From Parasitella parasitica NRRL 2501 (taxonomy: Eukaryota > Fungi > Mucoromycota), in assembly GCA_025201805.1 (NCBI GenBank), contig MU619251.1:248001-312000 (forward strand): DNA of 64,000 nucleotides, given 5' to 3'. Positions 1 through 12,514 of the stretch are shown here, piece after piece. The position numbers and the translations under genes are program-made. Below the pieces are notes generated by a model. It did not search any database. It saw only the letters and a list, made by a program, of their open reading frames with translations, and was not told the DNA's origin. How positions within the stretch are numbered: position 1 is the stretch's first letter; every line of letters starts with the position of its first letter.

Positions 1-499
1 AGATTTTCATGCATTAAGCGCTGTTTCATATAAAATGACAGGATCACCATCATTAACTTTCAGTTGAATGCATTCATTTCATGTAAAACAAAGGCAATAG
101 AGTCTCGGGGAATATCGATCAAACACCTCAAGCCATATGGTTGCTTTTACCGATAAAAAAATTCCCGAATTAAGTCAAACATCTATTCAGTGATGCAAAG
201 CCTATTGTTTGGCATGACGATTCCAGTCAAATTGTGCTGTAACCAGGCAACAGAGATGAATAATACCAATGTGAATTAGGAGCAATAATTATTTCTCGGG
301 AACTATACCAACATATGGGAGGTAATCCGTATAGTATGCATTATAGCGGACAAACATAATTGTTCGTATCCGAAGGATGGTTTAGTGTATATTAGAAAAC
401 AGTAAAAAGGTCTCGGGCAAATATAATTCAACGACCTGATTTGGCCCTTATCGAGATGCAAAACCTCAAAAGGCACCGTATCTTGTTTCCGTTTCTTCT

Positions 500-535
500 T
501 CCTCTCTCTCTCTTTCTCTCTCTCTCTCTTTCTCT
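500..535. repeat. (CT)n microsatellite / pyrimidine tract upstream of the C2H2 gene
   Basis: Interrupted ctctct run seen directly. Confidence 0.85.
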
Positions 536-572
536 ATAGGTGTTTGCTTTTATTTTCGTTTTTCTCGCAAGT

Positions 573-1900
573 ATGTTTAACATGAGTTCTGCTGATTTAC
601 AAAATCACAATGAAAAATTCAACCAAAACATATTGCCACCTTGCTCTTCTACTGCAACATCATCATCATTCATGAAAACACATCAGCATCAAAAAGACCA
701 AGATTTATACAGCAGTCAGGACAACAAATCCGAGACATCTTTGAAAAACGGCAATGTCAAGTCTAAAATGTTCCAATGCACCGGCTATGGCGAATGCCGT
801 ATGGTTTTTACCCGCAGCGAGCATTTGGCTCGCCACATGAGGTAAGTGGGTCTATTAAACACACACACATACACACACAGACATTTTATCATGTATTCAC
901 TGATTTATACCATAGAAAGCATACTGGAGAAGTAAGTTAAGAGTCGTCCTTGCAGCTGTCCATATATACTAATTACCACATTATAATGTGCTTATAGAAG
1001 CCCTTTCAATGTGTGGTCCCTGGCTGCGAACGAATGTTTAGTAGATTTGACAATATGATGCAACATACACAGACACACAGCAAACCTCGCGGTCCAAGAC
1101 GTCCAAAGCCAAGCTCGACCAAGTCTAAACGGGGCGGTAAAAAAGCGGGCAGTAATTTATCTCGACGCACAGCCAGTTCATCGTCAAGTGACTATGATGA
1201 ATATGGTCCGTTCCCTTCACCCCCTCCTTCCCGAAGAGGATCGTCGAATAATATTGTAAAGGAACATCAAATTATCGTGCCTAATCCTAAATATCTCGAG
1301 GTAGACGAAGACATGGATGAGCTTATGAGCAGTGATGATGATTACGAGGAGTACGAATACGACTATAAATCAAATGCTGCTACCAAGCGAGCAATAGTAT
1401 CGACATCTCGCCTTCCTGACTCGCCAGCGTCTTCTGATTCATCGGCAAATAATAACAATAATAATGAGACGTTCCCTCGTCGCAGATCAGCACCCCAAGT
1501 GCGCTACCAGCCTTATCCTTACAATCAATCCGCAGAAAGCTATACTAAGCCAAGTCTCCCTCGTCGTAATTCTGCCTTGTCTGAATTGGCTACGTATCTC
1601 GTGGACCACCCAGACCAGTCTCCTGAAAGCTATCTTACTAATTTCCATGACAAACCCGCCCAGCAGAGCCAGCGTTTGCCACCCAGATTACCCACTCGAA
1701 GATTGTCTATTCAAGATCTGTCCAATCCGATCGAGAAGCTCGATAAAGCAAGCCAGCACATTCAAAAAGCAGAACAGCAGAAGCAGCAGCAGCAGCAGAA
1801 GCAGCAGCAGCAGGACGGAGTTGACCTGACAGAGGATGAATTTCAGGCGATTCAAGGGTTCGGTAAATTCTACAAGAGCGCCATTACATGTAATAAATAA
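573..1900 (+). CDS. C2H2 zinc-finger transcription factor (USV1/RGM1-like two-finger type)
   Basis: Exons 573-841, 916-931 and 998-1900 joined by GT-AG introns give [56 protein letters not shown], followed by a low-complexity S/Q-rich tail. Confidence 0.92.
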
Positions 1901-2107
1901 GTTTTGTAATTTAAAAGTAATAAAATATCAAACCTGATCGTTGTTTGTTTGTGTTCACTGTTACATTTTTTTGTGGTCGCTTTGGTCTGTTCCCGAGATA
2001 GTTTTACTCCTTGAATTTAATACATGATTAAAAGCTCTCCCTTGTTTTCATTATCATACGTTTTTCCCTCTCTTTTTTTTTTTTTTTTCTACAAACAATA
2101 GCGTAGC

Positions 2108-2965
2108 ATGGGCTTTTTCAACAACAAAAACCTGATTTTCGTGCCTGCCGTCGATCCATTCGCCGTGCCAAAGACACCCACTGAACCGTATTTTCACCGC
2201 ACTCAAAATGCTGCAAACAACAATCTGACACATGCTATGAATCTGTTTGAGGAGAAAAACAAGTATCCTGCGGTTCCTGTCGACGGCCCTTTGCCTATCA
2301 AAGCAAACGGTGCCATCGTCGTCAACCGACCCAAACTGTCGCATGATCCGCAAGATTTGGAGAGCGACGACGAGGAAGCAGTGTGCGCCCAGGAGAAGGA
2401 GGAGTCTGCAGAGGAAGAAGGATACCACACCACAGCCGAGGAATCTTCCATCTCTGACAACACAAGCAGCGACACAAGCACGTCCAATGCCCTGCATCTA
2501 GTCCATGAAGAGAACCACAGATTGCGACAGCAAATACTACTGGAACGAGAGCAGAACGAAAGGCACAGACTTGCCAAAGATCAATCTGACCAAGAGCTGC
2601 AGTTTGCCAAACAGCGCATCCAGAATTTACAGCGTACAGCAGATCGATTCCAAAAGATGCTGTGTGCGGAGATCGAGACTAGCAACACGACCTCGCAAAT
2701 ATCACGAAGACAATCTACAGGCACTCGCGTCAGTGACGCAGAAGCCCTCTTGTTGCCTTCAAATACAATGATCTTGTCGTATGAGCACAAAATACAAATT
2801 CTTTTAAACGAAATAGAGGCCATGGAGCAGGATAAAATGGAATCTACCAACGACATGACACTACAGAAAACTAAATGTGATAAATTGGTGCGCAAGATCA
2901 AGTTTAAAGATGACATTATTCGACAACTGGCTTATGATTTGCAGTACGAAAAGGGTCTTCACTGA
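2108..2965 (+). CDS. Hypothetical coiled-coil protein, 285 aa
   Basis: Intronless ATG ORF after a T-rich leader, with an acidic middle and heptad-rich C-terminal half. No family recognised. Confidence 0.75.
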   Translation: MGFFNNKNLIFVPAVDPFAVPKTPTEPYFHRTQNAANNNLTHAMNLFEEKNKYPAVPVDGPLPIKANGAIVVNRPKLSHDPQDLESDDEEAVCAQEKEESAEEEGYHTTAEESSISDNTSSDTSTSNALHLVHEENHRLRQQILLEREQNERHRLAKDQSDQELQFAKQRIQNLQRTADRFQKMLCAEIETSNTTSQISRRQSTGTRVSDAEALLLPSNTMILSYEHKIQILLNEIEAMEQDKMESTNDMTLQKTKCDKLVRKIKFKDDIIRQLAYDLQYEKGLH

Positions 2966-2995
2966 CCTGTCAAACACACAGTGATACTTTAGCTG

Positions 2996-2997
<2 letters not shown>

Positions 2998-3026
<29 letters not shown>
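2998..3026. repeat. (TA)n microsatellite
   Basis: About 14 TA units seen directly. Confidence 0.9.
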
Positions 3027-3029
<3 letters not shown>

Positions 3030-3311
3030 CGCATATTATACCTTATTCTGCATGTAAATGCATTTTTTTATAGTTTTCTCATAATTCTAACCGCCTTATA
3101 TGTTCTACCGGTGCATTATACAATATTTGTATGTGCCCTGTTCCTGCCATTCATTTCCCCACCCTTTTATTTCGATTGACAAATAAATGAGTACAAAGCT
3201 GCTATCGTGTGAGTTGCAAACGCATTTAACTAATATGCTTTTCACGTCTTTTTTCTTGCCTTCTTTTCTGTTCTCTTATCTTTTTCCAAAATAAAACTAG
3301 TTGCCCGTAGT

Positions 3312-4400
3312 ATGTCCACTGCTGCTGCTCAAAGACCTAGTATAAGACCCTCAGCGTCATTGATTATTGCTGCCCCAACTCCTGAAGATGGAGCAAAAGA
3401 CGGCAGTAACTACCGCGTTTTGATGGTTAAAAGGTTTGCATCGATTGGCCTGTGCAGCGTATGTATTAACGATACACTTGCACTTGTAGGAATGCTCGAA
3501 GCAGTTTCATCAATGCGCATGTGTATCCCGGTGGTGTTGTCGATGCAGCAGATCATTATTCAAATTGGAGTCAGGATAAAACCATCTCAGAATCAGAGTA
3601 GTGTATAATTTGCTTGACTTGGGCTATGCGCAGCACTCTTAACATTTGTCCACAGACAGAGCATTCTGACAAACAAGATTTGCGCTATCCGCGAAACATT
3701 CGAAGAGTCAGGCTTGCTTTTATCCCACCCACCCGCCCACACCATCAAAGCATTGGATGCCAATGTTTGGAGACACAAGGTTCACAACAATGCTTCTCAA
3801 TTCAAAGCCATGTGCGATACGTTTTCGATTCGTCCTGCTGTGGATAAGCTGATTCCCTTTTCGAATTGGATCACTCCTGTCGAAGAAAAGAAGAGATACG
3901 ACACCATGTTCTTTTTGACCGTTTTGGACGAGCACAAGACACAGCAAGAGCAAGATTTGCATCTGAACGCAGTGTCCGCTGACGGCACTGAAACCGTTTT
4001 GTTTGATTGGCTTAAGCCTGAAGAAGCGTTGCAAAAAAAGGAGGAAAAGCAAGTCGTCATGATCCCACCTCAATGGTACTCGCTTACGCTTATGAGTCAA
4101 GTCAAAGACTACAGAAACCTGGTGTCTCAGGCGGGTGTGGGATCCTTCAGGACGCAATCCGATCAGCTCATCAAGATTTTACCGCAAGCATGTCAAACTG
4201 CCCCTGAATCTGTTGAGGCTAGTGAAGGCTATCAGTTGTTTTTGGCTTATCCCGGTGATGAGGTCTACAAGAGCACTGAATATGTGTCAAAGAAGGGCAA
4301 AAGACATAGGCTTTATATAAGGGGACGTATGCAAGATTTCCGTCTTGAGAAGAATGTGAATGTTTCTGATATTGTCAAAATACACCCATCAAACTTGTAA
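3312..4400 (+). CDS. Nudix hydrolase, NUDT19-like acyl-CoA diphosphatase, with PTS1-like C-terminus SNL
   Basis: Exons 3312-3433, 3490-3597 and 3656-4400 give RPSASLII..VLMVKRNARSSFINAHVYPGGVVD..CAIRETFEESG (Nudix box), NWITP..KRYDTMFF and IPPQWY. Confidence 0.88.
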
Positions 4401-7400
4401 TGAAATCCGTTATGTACACAAGTAATAAATCCGAAAAGTGAGATATATATAAGCATATGTTTGAAGTCATTAAGCATGGATACATAACAGCTACCCTTAA
4501 ATACTTTTTGATGTTTAAAATAAATACTTATATAATATCTATCGTTTAAACATACCTTTGTAAAATGTACCTGTAATACTTTTTTTGATTTCAGGACTTG
4601 AAGTACTGAGCGAGACCTTTTGCTAAGCGAAAAATTAGAAGGAGTATCCCTCTTCTTTCATATTATTAAATAATGTTGTTCCATATATATTAAGCCTGCA
4701 AATTAGTATAAAAAAGCATAAAAGCTTTTAGTACAAATACTGGAATGTTGGTCTACAAAAATTTAACTTTAGAGTAAAAAAAAAAATATAATCAATTTTT
4801 ATCGATTTACCCAAAAAATAAAATAAATTAAAAATAAATGATAATATCAGATAAATTGATGATTCTGTCAATAACTACAGTGAGTCATGACATTGACGTT
4901 ATTACCATGTATATAGTAAGTAGCAATAAAAGCTCAAATAGCAAGGTTATAACTTATTACCATCTAAAAGAGAACAAATGGTGCAAATAGTTTGTTGTAC
5001 TGGCCTATATTACAGTTTCTTGTAAGGGTGATGTCTCTATCCACAGAATAAACAGAAAAATGTAGTGATTTTGACACATTAATTGCCATACCTTACGTTA
5101 ATCAAACCCATATTATGCCACCCAAACTATTCCGCTTTATTTGCCTACATTACGTCAATTCTTTTGTAGATTTTCGTGTAAAGACTGATGTTTCTATCTA
5201 GAGTAATCAGTGATTTTACCGTAAAATATCATACTATCACCCATAACATACCATCGAAACGAGACCAAAAACTACACAATGGTTTACTGAATCAGCCAAA
5301 CTTGCCACTATCTTATCCATATTATTTTGTGTATTAGTGGTGTCTATCTAAAGTAATCAGCATATCGAATATATTTTGCGTGTAAAATACTACTACAATA
5401 TGCCCCGTGTATAACCTACCTAGATTACATCGATTTAATCGTCTCTTCTAGCAAAATTTTGTATTTTCGATTTCGTTTCTGGTATGAGTCTATCACACTG
5501 GATGAAAAGTTTCATGCATATCAAAACAATCAGTTTGCAAAGCCAACCATAAACCCTTCAAGAACTCAATGTATTCTTTCCCAACATGACCAAACTAGCA
5601 CTATTTTCGCTCTCGTACTTACTGAACTCAATTAAGAGTGTTGATCCAAAATTAACTCCAAGACGTGTCAAACTCCCTTATAAAGAAAACAAATGTGTTG
5701 CTAAATGGATCAATAACAGTTACAAAAATAAATTGCCAAGGCTTAGATCCGTCACCCCCCCCCCAGAAACAGTTTTAATGAATGTCTTGAAAAAATATAA
5801 AAAGTTTGAACAAATCTATGAATAGTTCCAGGGGGTTGGCTGCCCCGTTTTATCATGAATGGAGATCGCCAACTACTTGTGGCTATTATTCGTCGTTCAA
5901 GATGACTACTGATTGCGATTTGTAAAGAAGCCAGCGCCGTAAAAGGTCAGGAAAATACAATACTCATTATTAGATCAGCTAGACCAACTAGCATCGGATA
6001 CAGCCATAGAGAAGTTTGTGAAAGATAGCATTCTTTAGCATTTACCATCACTTTTCGAATTTATTAGCCATTCAAGAACTTACCAAGAGATGTCCAATCC
6101 TAGATTGTGCGAAATTAAATTAGTATCCTCGAGCGTAGGATTTCATGGAGTGGATCGCAGCGCTGAGGAATGCGGCCGACCAAGAAGATTGCATTATCAG
6201 AATCGACCTGATACATAGATAGTAGTTCCAATCCACCCCCAACTCGCAACGATATTTATCTCTAAAGCTCAATCGTTCGGCTTAAACGTAGCTTCAAGGA
6301 TATTTTCCAAATCAATGTGTAATCCAGTAAAAAATTGCTTCACATTTGTATTATCGTTGATTCTAAGGACAAAGGGAAAGAAAAATTTCAACGGGCACTC
6401 CAAAACTCGAAAGGTCAGGGTTTTTTTGAGCAAAGGGAAGAGAGTCTTTGCTCCAAAATCACTGCTCGTATTATGCGGATTTTCTGATCATAGCACAAAA
6501 TCTAAATGTTATTATGACGTTTGAAACAGGTGGAGAACGATTAATCTGGCAAGTAGATAACAAGCCTACTTGCTAAAAATTACAGCAATCACTTGGACGC
6601 ATTACTCTTACAGTCGGCACATGTAACGAGATCTGACACAAATCAACATCACTGTCCAGGAAGTGCATACATTTTCCAATAAAGCGTGCCTTGGAGAGCT
6701 TGTTGCACCAGTATTCACGCTAAACACCGTAACTTTTTGAGTCTTGATTGCATCTGCAAGACTTTGCAATGAGTTATGAGATTTGTTGGAATATTTCCAC
6801 ATTTAGCTCTTGCTTTTATCACAGCAACTTTATCCAAAGCAATTTCCTTCTTTTTAGCATAATAAGAGCTATTATTGTAACCAACACTCAGTATATTTAT
6901 ATCTTTGGATCTTCAAAAAAAAAAAAAAAAAAAAAAGATTTTCAAGCTACTTACGGTTGAAAATATTTAGATTATTCTTTGTTCCAAATAATCGTTTTAG
7001 TCTTTTCGCAAATCTTTCCTAAATAACCTGATAATATAGTATAAACAAAAATCTCACTTTTATTGTACACAAAATTAAGAAAAAATCTGCTGCCTCTACT
7101 CGTAAACTGATTTTGACTTCCAGGTATTCCAAACAGCAGAGATGCTGTTTGTTAGAGGTAATGAAGCGGCAACATCTTTTGGATGTCCGTTGAACAAAGG
7201 ATGATTGGCAATATTGATTAATTGATTCGAGAATCATACAGGACTTGAGCTACAATGTATGAATCAAGTTGTAAGAGATTGTCTGTAAAAAATTGTTAAT
7301 AATGATGCATAATATCAATTCCAGGGTATTATGAATGAGTTTGATGGCCCTACATATATTGTATCTGTGTCACAAAATTCATTCGCTAGTTTTGATCGTT

Positions 7401-8288
7401 CAGATAAAACATTATGTAAACCAAGAGCAACTCATCCTGAAACAGGAAGCTTGCTTTAGCATTTCCTTTGAGTAATGATAAAGAAAGTGATGGTGCATTT
7501 CAAAAAGGTCATCATGGTGGTAAATTGCTGTATATAAATGAAATGTGTCATATTATAATGAATGTTTCGTAATAGAAACCATTTGATAAACAAGATATAA
7601 TGTATTTATATTTTTAAGGAGGCTAATATTCCATGTACCCACTGACCTCGATTTTAATTTCAAGGCCTTTTTTTTTTTCCATTTAGTTGGTGGACATGTA
7701 TTCGTTTGCATTTAGCATAAAGGCACAAAACAAAAAAGAGCAGCTATTTTTCTGCCAAGGCATAAGCATAAACAATAGTAGCAGTTGGCAAAAAGATGGA
7801 AATATATTACATACACGAGGAAGATAGCCCTCTGAAGAGAAGGAGAGTGCGGAAAGACAAAGTACAAAATTGTGTTACCAAAAGGAAACCGTTTAATATA
7901 TATTCGCATGTTGGTTTTTCTCGTTTTCTCATTTCTTCTTCTTTTTCATTCCACTTTTTTTTCTTTTGCAAGAAACTAACCCCCTTACATTCATTCATCT
8001 TTAAAAGGCTCTTTTCTCTTTTGATTATAACTTGATACTTTCCTTTAGACAAAGTTACATCACAACAGAAAATTTCAACATCTTGACCCCTTTTAAAGTC
8101 AACATTATTACTCTCCTTTAGAATTCAACACGCACACTTGCTGCTCAACACATTCATTTCATTTTCATATCCTCCTCCCTCACTCCTATATCTTAATTTT
8201 TTAAACTACTTGATTACCTTTTAGCTTTAAAAATCCTTTTTTTTTCTCTTGCAACTATCATTCTTTTTACTAGTATTTTTAATCAAGA

Positions 8289-10073
8289 ATGACCATCATC
8301 TCCCTCACAAATACCAGTAACCGTTTGCGTTCCTCTGAAAAGGTAATATATCCTTTTATATCATGATCTATTTATTTTTGTAATAACAACAAATATAGTC
8401 CATGGCTTTGATGCAAAAGTCTAGATCAGAACCCAACTGTCAAAGTAAATCGAAAGCTACTTTCCACCATTCAGTCTACCCCAAACGTAAATCAACTGGA
8501 AATCTTCGCCAATCAATCAGCCAGCAATCATCTATTTCTCGATCCACGAGCAATAACAAAGTAAGGCTGAACAAACAACCCAGCTATTATTTTGAATTAT
8601 GTACTAACATGATAAATACAGATTTGGCGTCAGCCTGGCCATTGTGAAATTCCTGATATTTTGGGCAATGCTTACCTTAAGCCCAGTCCTCCAGTTGCTT
8701 TTGATTTACGCCCAACTGACATTGCCAAGCAAGTATCCAAGGTAAATATAAATAAAAATAAAAAAATATCGAAAAAATTCATGCAAATGATATTGCCATG
8801 TCAAATAATATATGAAAAAGAGGGGCCGGATCACGTTTACTTGATACATGAACAAAGAAAGCCCTCTCTGTATTTATGTTGGAACATGCCTCCTCCTCCT
8901 CCTCCTCCCCTCCCCCCCCCTTTTTTTTTTGTCGTTCTATCAAGAGGAGTTTCTAACGATCATTTGTCTCTTTTTGTTTATAAATGGAAATAGCGTCCGT
9001 GGTATCCTCCTAGTCTGCACTGCAAAATCCCCGACCTTCCACCTCTCGTTCGCAACGAAAACAAATTGGAATCAAAATTGAGAAAGCTCTTGCCAAAGAT
9101 CTCGGTTCGTTCATCTGATCCCGGCACTCGTTATGCAAACTTCAAAGAGATTGGCACAGGTGTCAATGGCGCTGTAGTCCGTGCTTCATACCGCAGAAAG
9201 CCCAATGTGCGTGTTGCTATCAAGCGCTGCAAATTGGATCCTGATCGCGAATACCGTGCTGCTATACTCAGAGAGCTAAAGATCATGGCATCGGGCCATA
9301 GCAACCTGATCAAGCTCCGCGAAGTAACCCTTTGCCAAGATGACATCTGGATGACTATGGATCTCATGCGCTGCTCTGTATTCGCCGTGCTCTGTCAACG
9401 AGGAATTCCTGAGGAATACACTGTTTACATGGCATGTGAAACATTGAAAGGACTGGCCCACTTGCATTCTCAAGGCATTTTGCATCGTGATGTTAAATGC
9501 GAGAATCTTTTGTTAGGCTGGCATGGCGAAGTCAAATTAGGTATGTAATTTTTCTGCTAAAACGTGTATTTTTAGGTCACTAAATATTGTCTTGGTAGCT
9601 GATTTTGGATTATCAGCACGCATCAACCGTCCAAATCATGAAAGATTAGGAACAACCAAATGGTACTTATACAACAAGGATGTATACGAGTGTTTCTTGT
9701 GATTAACCTGATTAATAGGATGGCTCCTGAAGTAATCAGAGAAGAATACTATAATGAAAAAATTGACATGTGGTCACTCGGTATCACCGTTATTGAAATG
9801 ATGGACCGTGTACCACCTCATTACGCTATCAAAGACGAAGAAGAACTGTTCGACATCATCGCAACTGAGCCCAGCCCAACATTCACCTACAGCTACCCTA
9901 CCATGTATATGAGAGGACTCGTAGCTTGGTTATTAGACGAAGAGCCTGAAACTAGACCCACTGCCCGTGATGCACTTTTAGAAATTGAAGCCCACGTTCA
10001 GTCGAATCTTTTGCCTTGTTCAAATGCTCAGGACATGACTAGATTCTTGAATCAAGTCTTGCCCACATGTTAG
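8289..10073 (+). CDS. STE20/PAK-family Ser/Thr protein kinase
   Basis: Six exons (8289-8342, 8399-8560, 8622-8741, 8994-9540, 9599-9662, 9719-10073). Motifs IGTGVNGAV, VAIK, HRDVKCEN, ADFG, GTTKWMAPE, DMWSLGITVIEM, PPHY. Confidence 0.93.
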
Positions 10074-11124
10074 ACTCCACGTTTTTCTTTATGTCTGGTA
10101 TAACTATTTATGTATTTTTCTTTCTCTCGTACTTTTTCTTTCTATATATGCATCCTCCCTCATCCTCCTAATGACCTTTAATTATGTTCTCCCCCTTTAT
10201 TATTATTTTTGCCACTATCCACATTATTATTGTTCTCTTCATTACCCTAAATTTATTATTATTATCATATGTGTGAAATTCAGAGTTAGATATTAAATTT
10301 CATTCAAATCTCAACATTGTTGAATCATGTGTTGCTTGGCGTACAATGACAATTAATTGACATACAAATATTGCTGCATTTCATCAATCTTTATCATTTT
10401 TTTTTTTTATATCATTTTGCCGTATGTGCATAACATCAAACACTTGAGCGCCCTTTAATATAAAACAGATTTGCTTTGCAGGACTCACATGACACTTGTA
10501 GATGCTGTTTTATCAAATGATGAAACACACATTAGGAACGTTTTTTGAACCTAATAGGAGAGATTGCTTGTTATAGTCGTCTGCAGCTCCTACAAAAATT
10601 TACATACATTCTATGACGGAGATAGCCTTCATTCGACGTTATTTACCGTAGCTTATTCAAAATTAAGATGAAAACGTCCTCTCGATACCTTTTATATGGC
10701 TAATACTACTAAAACTCTTGATTTATTTATTATTCACAATGATCGTATTGTTTGCATGATTTCATGCTTTATACGGGGTTTCGAATGCATCAAAGCAAAA
10801 CGAACAAAAAAAAATCCGGTGTCTCGCAAGCATGCAACTAACACTCACTTCAACTATTTGAATTCATGTCAAAAAAAAAAAAAACTCGTCTTTTTTTTTG
10901 CTCTGGAATATACCAAATATGTGTTTTCTCTTGATAACCATTTTATATCTTGGGTTAGCTTTGTCTGTCTTTGCCTTCAGGTACTTTAAATCGTTCATAT
11001 TCCCGATCCAAGAGCCAATCCGCGAATTGAAAGGTATGTAGCACACAGCCCACGTCGTTTGCCAACTGGTATCCAACAGTAAAAATATGCATATCCAGAG
11101 CTTGAACTTTATTGCCAGAAAATC

Positions 11125-11571
11125 TTGATTTTGATCAAGCTTATAGAGAATTTATGTGCCAACGTACGGGGAGAAATACAAGATATGCATACTATGAAAA
11201 TCATGCATCATAATACATTGTTAAGCCAATTGAATGTTTTGGAAACACAGTATGTGGAAAGCACTTTCCAGTTGAATGAGCTTGGTGGCAAAATCAACGC
11301 CATGGAAAACCACTTTACAAAATCTATTGAAAGCATCGAAAATCAACGGAATCACCAACAACAAATTATCGGAAGTAACTTTATGGCTCTTACAAAGTAT
11401 ACAGATGGCATTAGGGAGTATCTCGAAGAGCAAGAAAGAGTTCTGGAGAATTTTATGTTTCCTGATGAGATGATTTTATTATTAAGGGCCATACGAGATA
11501 CTTTTAACGAACGTGAAACAAGATTTAATGATTTAGAACCAAGTTGCAAGAAACAAGCTCAAAGGCCGTAA
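11125..11571 (+). CDS. Hypothetical coiled-coil protein or gene fragment
   Basis: 148-aa open frame with coiled-coil-like composition. Start and exon structure uncertain. Confidence 0.35.
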   Translation: MILIKLIENLCANVRGEIQDMHTMKIMHHNTLLSQLNVLETQYVESTFQLNELGGKINAMENHFTKSIESIENQRNHQQQIIGSNFMALTKYTDGIREYLEEQERVLENFMFPDEMILLLRAIRDTFNERETRFNDLEPSCKKQAQRP

Positions 11572-12514
11572 GAAGTTTGTAATTGCAGGCTGTAATCTGT
11601 TCCGAAAAGCACACCTTGATTAATAACAATAATGCTTCGTGATAAATCGGTGTCTCTAGCTACCCCCTCTCAAATAAACATACGTGCTACTGCAAAGTAA
11701 CCATATTGTCCATAGCATCGCAAATACCATTCTGTGAATAAACCACCTTCGAGTCAATGTAATCTCTATACAACTAATATGAAAGAATAATATGCATAAA
11801 CAAGTACGGTACAAAGTGAGCGCTAATCTGCTTAGTAAGTGTATTAAGAGTAAATCGACGTGTTACCGTAAATGTGAATGTATTGAGCGTAAATAAGATC
11901 GTCCGTAGCCGTCCCCCAAACTGCACAAGTACACAGAGCATTTCACCGGATACATACGACACTAAATGCTGCTTGTCTGTGTTATAAAATCATCATATCT
12001 ACATGTAAAATGTTTTGGCAATGTAATTAGTTTCGCCGAATATACCGTGTGCGACATTAGTATTTGATGCTGTCGTGATGTCAGGCTTACGATTCTATTT
12101 AAAACATGTGCAAGGTGATTCCGGATTCAGGAGATATACACAACTGCTCGATTGCAGGCACGTTTTTAATTTCTGTGGTTGTTGGTTTCAATGTATTTTT
12201 ATATACAGGTTAACCAACAATCAGGGGTTACATAATAATGACATCCAAGCAAAAATACCATTTTCGCACGTGTTTCTTTTATTGGGTTAATTTTTTTTTT
12301 TTTTTTATGCGAGTGCAATACGGCATCAAATGCCCATTACAAGTCGTAATAATATAATGGCGTGGGTATACCAAGTCTAAAATATTTACAAAATGTTTTG
12401 TTTGGGGGGTGTTACAATCTAAAGATTGACAGTTTATTGTTAATAATAGCACTGATGTGGTATATTTATATGATAATGAAATATTTACAAGCGAATAAAT
12501 TAAAGATAACAAGG

